Position numbers and translations under genes: made by a program
Source: Trichinella spiralis
Lineage: Eukaryota
Reading direction: 5' to 3'
Assembly (NCBI RefSeq): GCF_000181795.1
Contig: NW_003526941.1
Span: 8,544,140 to 8,608,139, forward strand
Length of the DNA: 64,000 bases
The notes under the pieces: generated by a model
Database searches by the model: none
The model's input: the letters and a program-made list of their open reading frames with translations, nothing else
Told to the model about the DNA's origin: nothing
In this document: positions 1 through 12,939 of the stretch, in pieces
Layout: each line of letters begins with the position of its first letter
Position numbering within the stretch: the first letter of the stretch is position 1

Positions 1-130
1 ATACTTACCTTCACCCTAAACACTACTTACCTTCACACTTATACTTACCTTCACAATTATACTTACCTTCACCCTAATCACTACTTACCTTCCATTTATT
101 CTACCACCTATTCTTACCTGACTTACCCTT
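1..130. repeat. Minisatellite with core TACTTACCTTC(AC), 18/22-bp units, runs off the window start
   Basis: Core TACTTACCTTC starts at 2, 24, 42, 60 and 82 (spacings 22, 18, 18, 22). Bases 1-34 recur at 59-92 with one mismatch. The array decays by about 130. Confidence 0.85.
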
Positions 131-2485
131 AACTATTAGACTGCTTACCTATTTATCTTCATACTTTCATACCCATAGCTTCCTTGTCTTTTTAGTCTTA
201 TATTTACACTTTACGCTATTTACTTAGCCATGTTGCCTTTGACTCTGAATCCAGAACTAAAATGAATTCTTACCTAAACTTTCTAAACGAAATATCTTGA
301 AAACACTAGTACCAAACAATTATAAAAAATTATAAAAATCAATTATGAAAAAATGATGAAAAGCAAAATTATAAAGACCTGAAAAACTAAAACGACAAAA
401 TTTTACAGTTCAAAACTTTCATAGTATATAAAAGTAAAAAACGTAAAAACATACGTCGCCAAACAGAGCGGCATCAACTGGTGGTATTGCTTGGTGATAA
501 CGTATTTATCGATGTGATTACGAATCTTTGTAAAAACACCACATGTTCAATAACGGATAGTTACCAAAGAATGCAGCAATTTCATTCATCTATATCTAAA
601 CTTAATTTGATTCTGAAAATATTTGCAAAACAAGTGTGCTGAAAAGTAAAGTATGTTAAACAAAATTGATATAAAACAGCCATATTATAAAAAATTAATT
701 GAAGACAAATAACAGTGCATCGTTGTTCCTTAATTACTAAGTATACAAATTTTCATAAAAAACTACTTGTTAGTCATACAACATTTGTCCTTCATGATGC
801 AACCTTCAACAGTTATGCGCTGAAATTTTCAATTAAACATTCTTAGCATGTGATAAGCAACACCGCTGTGTGAATGCTATCACTCATCAATAAAAAACAA
901 AATCTCTACTTAGAAAATACTGAAACTTACCTACTCACATAATACTATACAAAAATACTCACCAAACGCACTGATGGCAACACGCACTACCAGACTTGTG
1001 TGATGCCCATAGCTCATAGAAGATTCAGTACTCCTGTAATAAGCAAAGCCACACAGATTTCTGGACCAATACTGGATAACGCCATTAAGCCAACTTAAAC
1101 CAACGCAGGAGTATGAACGTATATCTGCTCAATGTTGATGACGTAATCCATTCCTATAATGGGCAAAATGTGTACTTATTTTTGTGATGGCACATTTAGA
1201 ACGCATTGAGGTAAACGTGGCATACCATGTTGGCAAGAGCAACAGGAATTCCAAAACGTTTCAATTATGTTGACACACACTAATTCAATAAAAAGAAACA
1301 TACAGGATCAGATATAAATACAATAAGAAGACATTAATAATAGTAACAGATTATAGATACTCAATTACTTACAGATTTTTGTACATTTTTTCAATCCATT
1401 CAGGGAAACCTGAACCACCATTAGAGAAAGATATTCATATTCATAGAAACAGTTCCACTGCACTGACACAACCCATTGCTATAACAAAGTGCATAAAATT
1501 CATTCTTACTGTAGCGATGAAGAAAACCAGAAAGCGGAACTGTTGAGACACATGACTGATCACGGTAGAAACATGAACAGAGCAATAGTCAAACTAAAAA
1601 ATAGAAACTAAATAACACAGAAAAATAAAACATTGGATAACAAAATGAATGAAATTCAAATATAATCATGATGCACTGTTATTCGGCTTCAATCACTTTT
1701 TATAATAAGGCTGTTTCTCATAAGTATCATTTCAACCGCTATCCTGAGTTCATACAAAGCGCAAGCAACGTAATAAAGAGAACAGAAATAAATATAGCTG
1801 CATTACGTACCTGATCAATCGCATTGAATCAACCGCACCTAATCTATGATATCACATTAGTGTTGCAGTAAGAATGAAGGCAATGTGGCGCTAATGGCAC
1901 TGCAACCTTCAATCTAAATTTAAAAGAAAAATTCAAGTAAAAAGCAAGGCATATTCATCATGATGCATAGTTACCATATTCAGTTAGTTTTCAGAATTTG
2001 GTTGTTTCATATTCATTGATATGAATATAACATAATGTAAATTCTAAAAGTGAATTATATTAATGCAGTCATCTCTAAATAAAAACAGAAATAGATACTT
2101 CTTCTTCTTCCGCATCTGATGTACCTGAAAGTTAGCAATAACAACAATAGAAAAGAAACCCGTCAGTTTCCATTCACCATATAAGTATAGTAACATGCAT
2201 AGCATACCACCACCAAAATATCAAATCCAACTTACCAGTTATTCATGGATGGTGTTGAAGAGCGGAATTATAGTTGACCACGTGCTAGATTGATAGCATT
2301 GCATTGAACTGAATAACCTATGTAATCGAAGTTCTCTGATTAGATGTATAATACTAAGTAGATTTATGCAATAACTATTTACTTTGCTCAGGAAGACGAC
2401 CTATTTTCCATCAGTAATAGCGCAGTAAATAACATTATGAGCCACATTATGAACGAGACGATGAATTTATTACGTTTTTATTTAC

Positions 2486-2495
2486 NNNNNNNNNN
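2486..2495. other. Assembly gap (10 N)
   Basis: Run of N. Confidence 1.
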
Positions 2496-5400
2496 TTTGG
2501 TTATATTGCTAGTCGATAACAATTATGAGAAATTAGATTATTATGAAATGAAAACAGCTAAGTGCTGTTCATTCAGCTCGAAATATAGGGGGGAGGGTGG
2601 GGAGAATTTTCAGTTTAATGCGATCTCTGTTCAGCTTAGTATTATTACGAGCTCAATGATGGGGATCATTAGAAAGGAAAGGAGGGTGGGACAGCATAGC
2701 AGGAAGGAATGAGGGAGAAGTTGAAGGATGGAGGAGGTGGAAGTTGTCATATGCGTTCTTCCAATCAATCTTCACGTATAATATTCAGGCATTGCTTCAT
2801 TCATCAATACTGACAACATTTATGGGCATTGAGTTATTTTCTCAATGACAGAAAATACGTGCATCTGTATATATCAGTGCTATTGGCGGTACAATGACAT
2901 AATGGAAACTTTAAGGAGTCATTTCAAAAATGAAGGGAACGTTACTGCCATTCTGAAAGTATCAAAGGTGGTAGTATAAAAGTGTGTTCTCTAGCTAACA
3001 GCAGCTTTCTTATATCATGCTAAAACAATCCTGTGCACGATTTGAGTAGTGACAAGCATTTAGGGGCGCGAATGTGCGACTGAAGTATCCTGGTGACAGA
3101 CATTTCCTTTAAACAACTGGGCAAGTATGTTACCTTAGCAATAAACATTGCAGTGGCCAGTAAAGATAATGCGGGAGGGGTTCAACTGCTATGTCAGAGT
3201 ACTACTTTACAAATGGATTTGTAAGGACTATTGAAAATTATAGCAAAATATACCATTAGTACTATTATATAATGGCTTGGCCGTAATAAAGTCTCGAAAA
3301 TTAATTGAACATCATTACTGAAGAACAACGCGCTAGTTTCCATTGAAAAAGACTAAAATCAAACAACTACGAAAAGCTTAAAAAGCGCGCATGTTTAGTG
3401 CAGTGTGCCAAGAGAAAGAAAGAAAACATTGTATGAAAAATAACAAATATATGAAAATTCATACCTGTCAGCAGACCTGTCTGGGATGACGTTTAAAGCA
3501 AACGTAGAATCATACATTTTGTAACCGATGTTCGTGGATTCTTCATATTCTTAGTCTAACAATCACTACGTAATTGTTGCAGTGAAGCATCGAGATGACC
3601 AAATAACGCAATGCAGTAAGTAAATAGACCGCCCTTCAGCAGCGAACATTTATACTATAGTGCAGTCTCTCAGTAAATAGAAATTTATATAAGGAACATT
3701 GCTACGGCATTTGCATAGCACAAAGTGCACGTAGCAGAATGCCAACGGCAATGCTTACCATCACATTTGCATAAAGTTACTCTTCTGACCTAGAAATTCA
3801 TGTATGCATTGAAAACGTATAACAATCTAATGTGCCAACACCAAAGATTATAATAATCGAAGCCACTATCTATCACAAATAATATTGTGGCGTAAATTAA
3901 AGAAGTATGAAATAGTGTCTTACGTAAATGAGCCTGCACTGGCACGATAATAATATGTCGTAATATTCAGAAAAATTCATTCATTAATTTAAAGGAAGTG
4001 ATTGTTTAGTGAACATTTCAATCAGACTTTCATCATCCACTTTGAAAAGAAGAGAAATGAATGCCTAAAACAGAAGAATGGCAAAACATAACATTTACTT
4101 AAAACACAAGCATAATGAATTCATAATTTAATATAATGCACATGCTGGGTTGAAGTACTAAAAATTGTGCATCACGGTTGTCACTTTAGTCAGTGTGGAA
4201 CCGGCAACATTGTTATCTTATATGCATGGACAAAATACAGAATCTAATTATTAAAAATTTATAGATTTTGCCCCCTCAAACTTTACATCGTGCACTAATG
4301 CACATTCATTTACTGATTCCAATGAAAAATATTCTGCGACCGTTTGAAAAAACATCATCAATTTTTCAAAAATAGCAAAAGTTGCTGCAACTGAAAATTC
4401 AGATATCGAAGAAGAACCATTTTTGTAGAATTGACTCAATTAAATTTACTAAACATGGTTAGACCTGACGGCACAATTCCTCCTAGTGAATTCGTTATAA
4501 AAGTGATGTTTGTGAATTAGGTTGTAAATACTAATTTCTACCTCCCAGCTTCATACTCATTGTCAGTGTACATGAATTACAACATCAACGTACAGTAGAA
4601 TATGAGCAGCTTACCGTCTGTACTGACAATTTCATGAAAGTGCTTATATTTTGATATTTTATTTCCAGCAATAATTCGTTTATAATATATTTATGTGCCT
4701 TTTAATAATTTTAATACCTTAATACACTGCTGCTAAACGTAATCATGAAATTTATAACAAAATATAGGTCTTCTTGATAAAGCATAATCTAGTTATGTCG
4801 GGCTATTGTAGATTCAGTATCTACTTTCAGCAATATTATGATTTTAATCAATTTAAAAATGTAACTTAAAAATGAATACCTTTTCATCATTTGGAAAAAC
4901 TATTTTGAAGAGCTGTGTAACGTGATTTACCATTTTGAATAAAAAAAAGGACGCTTGTCAGACGTCCTTTGAGAACGTCTTCTATTCTAATGTTGCTGGA
5001 AACCATCCACCTATAAATATTTCAAGTCAACCTCACAAGATGATTCAATTCATGAAGTTTTGTAGAATCAAAGCATACGCAACATGCACATCGATGAGTT
5101 ATACATTATGATTAATATTTCGTTTTCCTTTCGCAAATAAAAATTTGCATGAAACATGGCTTAACACGTTGTGCAAATAATGTTTGTTATGTTCAGTAAA
5201 CAATCTCCGCGATCGTTGATGCAAAATCACACAAACAACAAGATATGAGATAGAACTTTCGAACATGAACAATAATATAGCTTCGCACATCTAGAAGCCA
5301 CTGTATAGTCGAAATTAAATAAATTAAATAAAATTATAGTTTAAGTGTTAAAGCGAAAGTTTGGTCAAATTATTTCAACTCTGTTAGGCGCGTCTCGTTA

Positions 5401-7137
5401 ACATGCAAATTTTTGTGCGTTCATTGCCTTGCCGTTTGTTTGCTTATCAAGTATAGTTCGTCACAAGATTCGGCTTCTAATATATTAAAAAAACCATTTG
5501 ATATGCTTATTTTTCAGCAAACCAATGATATCTAGTAATGGGGGAATAACGTAATTTTTATTATTGTAAAATTGTCTCTTGTATATTGCTTTTACCGTGA
5601 ATTTAGAGTAACAGCCGCGAAAATTTTTGTTCGATAACGTAATGAAAAGCAGATACAGTAAGACTTGTATGAAAAGCAGAAAAGGTCTGCAAATTTTTGA
5701 TCGACTGCAATGCAGTCGATTACGTTGTTAAAATGGTTTTTGGCGTACGGTGAGCAGGGCGAGTGCACTGGCGTGGAATTGCAAAATTGAAATTAATTTG
5801 AAACGTTTTTCATCAAATTTTACAGAAAATTTAAAAGTAAATGAAACCCTCAAAAAGCAGTGGAAGTGCAAAATGAACCATATGTTATTTAAAATGAACC
5901 GTAAATTAGGTAAAATCTCGCAACTGGAAACAACAAATTCATAAGTTTTTTCCCAATGGAAAATAAGTGGTAATAATAACAAACACGTAAACGGTAGAAA
6001 ATTTTAAACATGAGTTGTAATAATACGTATAGTATGCAAATTAAGGTGGCTCATCAAAATGTACATTAATACTGAGTACCACTGTACCAAAACAAAAAAT
6101 TGAATTAAACATAACACGTCTTCACATGTTTGAACTTGAGATTCGAAAATTCAAAAATGACCTGCAGAAACTGATGTCATTGAAAAAAGCTCTCCATTGA
6201 AATATATTGAATTTAAGCACGACAGTCTGTAGTAAAAATGGGGAAGGCTAGGCGGAATGTTATGAGCAATGCTCAGTACGGTGATCACTGATGTTGATAG
6301 TAGTAAAAGTAATGTGATGCAAGTTTCTTTAAATAACATTTTCAGTAAGCTACGCAAGGCATATAAAAATTCGCTTTCCTATCTAAATTAGTTTCGCTAA
6401 AATAAATTGTTTTTTTTGAAATCATTTCCAGTAGATGAAAATTTCTACCTGTTCTCTAAGTGTGCAGCAACTCGATTGAAGCGTAACAACAAGAATAAGA
6501 AATCAACTTACGAATTAGGTATGAGGTGGGACAAGTAAAACGTGAAAGCTTGCTGGAATCATTTGTTGCGTAGTAACACACCGCTCAATGGTCAAACGTG
6601 CATATGCTAACTGCACTGAATAGAGAGTAATACCCTGAAATATACTGAAAGTAATAATCCCTTGCGGAGAACGTATTCGTTGAAAAATTTGCATGTTTGT
6701 TGGTTGCTAGTCGAAAATAAAACAATGTCTGTTATTGATTATTCAAATGGAGAAAGCAAAGCATGAACGTAGATCATTTATGGAAATTTTCCATGTCTTA
6801 TTAATATTATTATATAATAAATGAACCGTTTGAAATTAGTTCATTGTACTGCAGTACTGTTTACCCATTTACTGAAAATTAAACTTGAAAGCAGGAGAAG
6901 TATAAAAGCGACTGTAATTTTTTAACACAGAAAACTTTAAACAAACTGTATAAAAGCAAATCATTGTCGTGTTCGTCGTTACACGATTGATTCTCGAGTT
7001 GCTGCAAGTGATCGTTTGCAAACTTTACAAGAGCCAGAAGCAGAACAACTTCAGTATTTTGAACGTGATGAAAAATATATAGAAAGAAAAAAAACATATA
7101 TATATATATATATATCAATTATATTGCTGCATATTGC

Positions 7138-10100
7138 TCAAACTTGAACATTCTGTTTGCGAGGCCTTTTTTTCGATGATTTCGCTTTTTTGAACAATTT
7201 TCGTTTGCCAGTAGTGACGGTTCTTTGTTCAACATTTTCCAACATGCTCTGTTCGACTGCTTCAATCCGGTACATCTTCAGTTCACTTTCTGACAGCTGA
7301 ATGCTGAGCTGTCGGTCTGCTTTTTCCTTCTCTTCTTCGGCATATTCATTCAATTCTTCATCCAAACTACGTTGAAGACCGGCTATTTGTAAATTTGGTT
7401 GTTTCTCAATTCCAAACTCACATTCAACAGCTGATTCACAGATTTCATTCATACACTGAAAATGTACAAAAAAGAAATGAAAGAAAAATAGATTTACTTT
7501 CCATTTGTATTACTTACTTGAATAGATTTGATGATAATGCGATTGAACAAAGCTAACACCTGTGCCGACTGCAATTTCAATTCTTTCCCCAAATCAGCCA
7601 CATTTTTCAGCTGTAATCCAAATGCCAACAAAATCGCCTTAAAACAATCATCACAATAAAATTGAAATCGAAAGGAAAATATCCCTTTTTCTAAATCATT
7701 ATGAAATACTGAAATTGTTGAACTATTAATTATATTATTTAATTGAAACAAAACAACGGCCCATTTTTCAATCAATAAATGTTCACTGAAATTAAATATT
7801 CAACGACATCAAACAAGTGCATCTCAGCTAGCTGTTCAATTTTCAAATGATAAATGTCACCGTCACTCACCACTTCGACAGCATTGAGATTGATGTTGAG
7901 CTTGCCGAGAAAATACAATTTCCCTATTGATGGTACAAGATCGACGATCAGATGATGGTCGATCAAATTTCGACTGTACATTTCAATACGTTTCAGGTCG
8001 TGATTGGTGAAATAAACGGCCAATTCTTTTCGATCAAGCGGAGTGGTTTGTGCAGCAGCTTGTGCATTGAACATCTGCAAGTTCGGTTTGGCCAATATTC
8101 CTAAAGCCAATGGAGCAGGAAAATGGGAAAACGGATTGCTCAACAGAGAAATGAACCGTCTCCGAAAATCTGCAAAACATGGACAAAAAAAAGATCAATT
8201 GGGATATTTGTCATTTGTTGCCACAGAACAGAATAGAACACAGGTGGTAGTGAATAATTTCGCTTTTTACCCGTCCAATAAGCGATCAGCCATGGCTGAT
8301 CCGTGTTTAACGTTTTCAACATGATGCACGAATATTCGCCGGTAAGTTCATTGGCAATTTGTCGAATGTAGACGGGAAAAAACTGACTTCTGGCCCAAAA
8401 TCTTGAAATAAAAATAAAATAACACCCTTTTCATTCACAAATGATTGATCAAGTGAAACCGTTGCAAAGTTTCTGTCAGACCGTACGAAACTCCAATCCA
8501 ATCCAAACGTTCCGCACTTCGTTCGCACAACCTGGACAACAGAGGAGGCAATTTTTTCCGTTGTGAAACGTGCTCATCCAACAAACCACGTTTTTCATTA
8601 TTCTAGAACAGAAAGTTTCAAAGTTATAAAAGAGAAACATAAGAGAACCACTAAAACACACATACATGTGATGACATATTGAATTCGATCGGCACAATAT
8701 CGATGGCACTAGTTGTTGGATCATCAAGTGCAGGAAACTTGCCCTCGTAGTACCGCTGCAACAGTTGCACCGCACGTAATCCATATCCCATCTGCATAAA
8801 TGTAACAACAAAGAAAAACAACCATTAAAAACCATTCATATAAATATCATAAAACTAACTCGTTGATAATCTGGATGTGTCGCAATGCGAACAATTCTAG
8901 CGCCACATAGAGAAGGAAAATCTTCATCTTGAAACTGCAATTTTGCAAGCAGTTGCAATTGTCATAAAGAAAAGTTGAAAGTGAACAGCAAAACCCAAAC
9001 CTGCTGAACCAAAGTCCACGGAATAAGATCGCCCGACGGTCGCTTACCGCTCGTTAAACTAGTGTGCACGCTGGCTTTGCTTAGATCGCCTTCTAGGCAT
9101 ACTTGCACGACGCACAAAATTTCTGGTATATTGTTGCTATTTTGGACAAATGGACCAAGAAGAACGAACAAATGATGAGCTGGAGCATCGGACATCATTT
9201 GCAAATCATTCGGTGAATTCTACAACAATTGCACCAAATGCAACAATCTACAACGCATATAAAAGATCCAGCAATACAGTACTCACTTTGTAATGAGCTG
9301 CAACGTATATGGACATCATGCGTTGCAAAAATAATTCCGATGCTTTGTGGAAACAGAACAGTGTATCACGATTGACATAATACGTAAAATCGGAAAAACG
9401 ACAAAGTTAAGGAAATGAAATTCATTGGCGAAATTATTATAGAAAAAAAAGAAGAATATTTCAGAGAAAATTAAAAATATAAAGCAGCATTTAAATACCC
9501 CGTTTACTGTAAAGTTACACATATAATTTGAGAAAAGAAAATTATAGATTAATAAAAAGAAAGAAAGGATATAGGTCACAGTGTTCAGGAGGTGGACAGC
9601 CACCACCTGATACTTTTGGTATTGTAGTGACGTCCAAGCACAACAGCTGATTCAACCATAGCTCCACATCGTCACCAGGCTTGTATCGAATTGATTCACT
9701 GAGTGTAAGTTCACTCAACGTTCTACCTAAAATTAAAAATCAGAGAAAATCAAAAATCAACACTATTATTATTATTATTATTATTATACCTCCGACAGTC
9801 TGAAATTTAAAATTTTCGGCTGAAATGTTGCTCGATGATTTGGAAACTGCAGTCAATTTGGAACTTTGTTCACGCAATTCTTGCAACAGTTTCAAAGACA
9901 ACGATCTGCCAGTTCCTTCATATCTTGAAAAGAAAAAAATCAATCAATCAAAAAATACATCACAGATTTGCTTGCCCATTTCCAGCAATTGTACCCGTTA
10001 ACTGTAGACGATATGAACACCAAATACGGTCCAAGCAACTGCTTAACATGCAACAAAGGAATGGCAGCTGCTTCGTCAATAATAACCAATTCCGCTTGTC

Positions 10101-11958
10101 CAAGCTTTATAGCGTCAGTAGGATGTATATACTAGCACATATGTACCGCAGTGAAGCAAAGCAAAAAAAAAAAGAAAAAACAACTCTACCACAGCCTGCT
10201 TACTTGTATTGTTTGTCGCTGTCCACGTGTGACATTGATTCGAACAACAGCTTTATTAAATTCTGGATTAATCGACTGCACCACTTCGTAATCGATGTGC
10301 TCCTGAAAAAGAATAAAAACAACACCAATTCCAATAGAAATAACAAAATTTAAACTTTTAAATATTACCTACCTCAAATTGCAATGCGTCAAAACCTTTG
10401 CAAACAAATTGAAAAAATGTTTTCAAATTTTCAGGGCCAGGAGAAGTTACAAATATATTGGAATATCTAAAATGGAAACAAACAAAAAAGAACAAAAACA
10501 TATCAAAATTAATTTAGAAAGCAAAAACGAAAAACAAATACAAGTAGTGTACCCGAATCCGATTGCACCAGCAGCAGCCAAACCAAGCGCCGCAGATTTT
10601 CCACGACCCCGGGCAGCCGTGAGGGAAACTGTGTGTTTAAGGTTGTTTTCCGAAATTACGTCAAAAAGTTTCAAAATCACCTTAGCCTGAATGTAGCAAA
10701 ACAAAACTATTTAATATTTGAAATAAAAAAAAAAGAGAAACATCTTTCGAATAGAATAATGATTTTATTTTTGCATACTTGGTCGAGCGTTTTGCACTGC
10801 TTTAATAATTTCCCTACGGTCGGAGCATCGCTCATCGATTCTATAAGCTGCTTCAATTCCGTTGCATTAGAGGCAACTTTCTGCTGAAAAATAATTCAAA
10901 AAAAAAAACTTTGAGAAACAAATGATATGCGTCAATTTCTATTTGAACATGATCATCAAATTCAAATTCAAATACAAATATAAATCAGTTGTCGTCATTC
11001 AGTTCGACTTACTTTCGCTTCAGCAGAAGCGGGATCTATTGCCGAAACAGCCGACGACAACGGTAAGACATTCAATTCATCATCAAGCAAGAGGCAAGTT
11101 TTGCACGACGCTAATGATAGTAAAAATCTAGAAAATATTCACACGTAAAGTAAAACTCTCATTGTGGATACAAATTGTGTTCGTATTGTTGAACTGCGCG
11201 AAATCGGGTAAAAACAACCAACCGTTCGTTGAATCTAGCCACCACGTCCTGATGGGCTTCGGTACGATAACGAGAATGAACATCCTAAATCGAAAGATAT
11301 TCACTGAACAAACAAACAAACAAACAACAAATAATACATATACCATCGTCATAGCGTGCAGTTGTCGAATTGAATGCAACGAATGCAACAGAATGACAAC
11401 AAGGCCGCCGCCTTCGACCGTCTCGATCGTTCGAGCCAACAAATTTGGCGTCATTGCTTCGAAATCCTGAACAAAACAACGTTCAGCAAGATTGTAATTG
11501 TAAAACTGCAACAAACACCGACCTGCAGCACACACATGCCGTATGTGTTTCCGAGAATTTTGTGCGTTTCCGAATAATAGCAATAGCGAATCTCGGTGGA
11601 CGAAATGAACAGTTCGAACTGATTTTCTTCATTTATTGAAGCTTTGCCGGCGCGTAATTTTTTCATAATCAATTTCATTCGTTTCTTCCGATGGCTGCAA
11701 TTAAATTTACCACCGAACGATGAAAATAAAACTTGCAAATCAACACTGTAAAGTCAACCTGGAAAAGCCGAGCTCTTTCTTGTAACACCAAAGTACGCTG
11801 GGACGGGCGCGGACGGTGGCTTTGGACAGAAGATGATGCAAAATGGCCACTTGTTCGCGTGCCTTCTCGCCAATGACGATCAACAAACTCCGATGGCCCA
11901 AATGAATGCCATTTTCAATAAGCACGCGAATACGACTGTCTATCTTTCTTCGAATCAT
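7138..11958 (-). CDS. NAT10: RNA cytidine acetyltransferase NAT10/Kre33, multi-exon, copy 1
   Basis: N-terminus MIRRKIDSRIRVLIENG. Motifs: LQDFEAMTPNLLARTIETVEGGG, Walker A TAARGRGKSAALGL, YEGTGRSLSLKL, LYYVNRDTLF, SPNDLQMMSDAPAHH, RPSGDLIPW. Lys-rich C-terminus with stop at 7138. Confidence 0.97.
9384..9572 (-). other. U12-type (minor spliceosome) AT-AC intron in NAT10 copy 1, 189 bp
   Basis: Donor |ATATCCTTTC at 9572, branch site TTCCTTAAC at 9414-9406, acceptor TTTTAC| at 9384. Removing it joins CT+G and restores the conserved C-D-L-Y-Y-V-N-R-D-T-L-F. Confidence 0.93.
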
Positions 11959-12939
11959 TTGCTAGAAGTAGATTTGTTTTTTAATTTTAAAGTAACAAAC
12001 TTTTCAAACCAAAATAAACCAATACAACAATCAGTGGCGAAGAACTGAAATAAATTCACCAACTCTTACGTGCATCATCGAACAAACAGTTCAATTCTCT
12101 TTGTATTCATAAACAAAAGTTAAACAAAACAGACTACAAATTAATCAAACATAATACATCAAAGAAAATAAAATATTTTTATAAACAACTCGTGAACTAC
12201 TACTGTTTTTTTTTAATCTTATCCACTCACTGACGATGATGCACAATTACACATGCGCAACGCAAAATTCACCCGCTACAGTACTCCTAAAATGAAGTTA
12301 ACAAAAGTATACTGTAAAAATAAATAACTGAACAATTACGTTTCTTCAGAAAATAATTCGAAATACTTCAATCAATACAAACCTTTATTGATTTTCAGTG
12401 CTTTAAACAATATTTTTAAAAATTGCTTCATCAACGAAAAAAAATCTAGATCCAGCTAGCTGAATCATCGGCCACAGCAATTTTTCTTAAATGTAGTGCT
12501 ATTTTTTTTAATCAAATACTTCAACAGATAGAGTTGCATGTGGCCAGCACAAAATTAGTCACGCTGATCGTTTTTCATGGGATAAAACGCAAAATGTTCA
12601 ATAGGTAAAGCAACTTTTTGTTTGTAAAGCAGAGCAGCAAATGGCACTGGTTGAAAAGGTTGAATGGAAGATATACACACATACACAGATACACACACAC
12701 ACACACACACACACAGACAGACAGACAGTAAGGCAGCAATTCACTTCTCTTCAGTGCTACAAAATTGATTATATTACATTTGATTGAACAGAGTATGGCA
12801 ATCAAAATAGAAAAGTATCAACTGAATCTTTGTGCTAAGAAGAAAAAATTAGGAAGAAAAAGCAAAATTTTGATAACAAAAAAATTGAAGAAAAAAAAAC
12901 AAGTGGTTGGTTAAAAGAGGGCAAAAATTTTACAAGTGC

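Noticed and set aside
1..130. CRISPR array or U1 snRNA gene
   Set aside because: Spacers are only 7-11 nt and repetitive, the context is eukaryotic, and no U1 stem-loops or Sm site follow the 10-nt match.
1750..1785. Minus-strand LYYVAC resembling the Helitron helicase motif QLYVAxSR
   Set aside because: Too short, lacks the SR, and no neighbouring helicase motifs were found.
2437..2760. 91-aa ORF and purine-rich tract
   Set aside because: The ORF spans an N gap, and the sequence next to the gap is probably a low-quality contig end.
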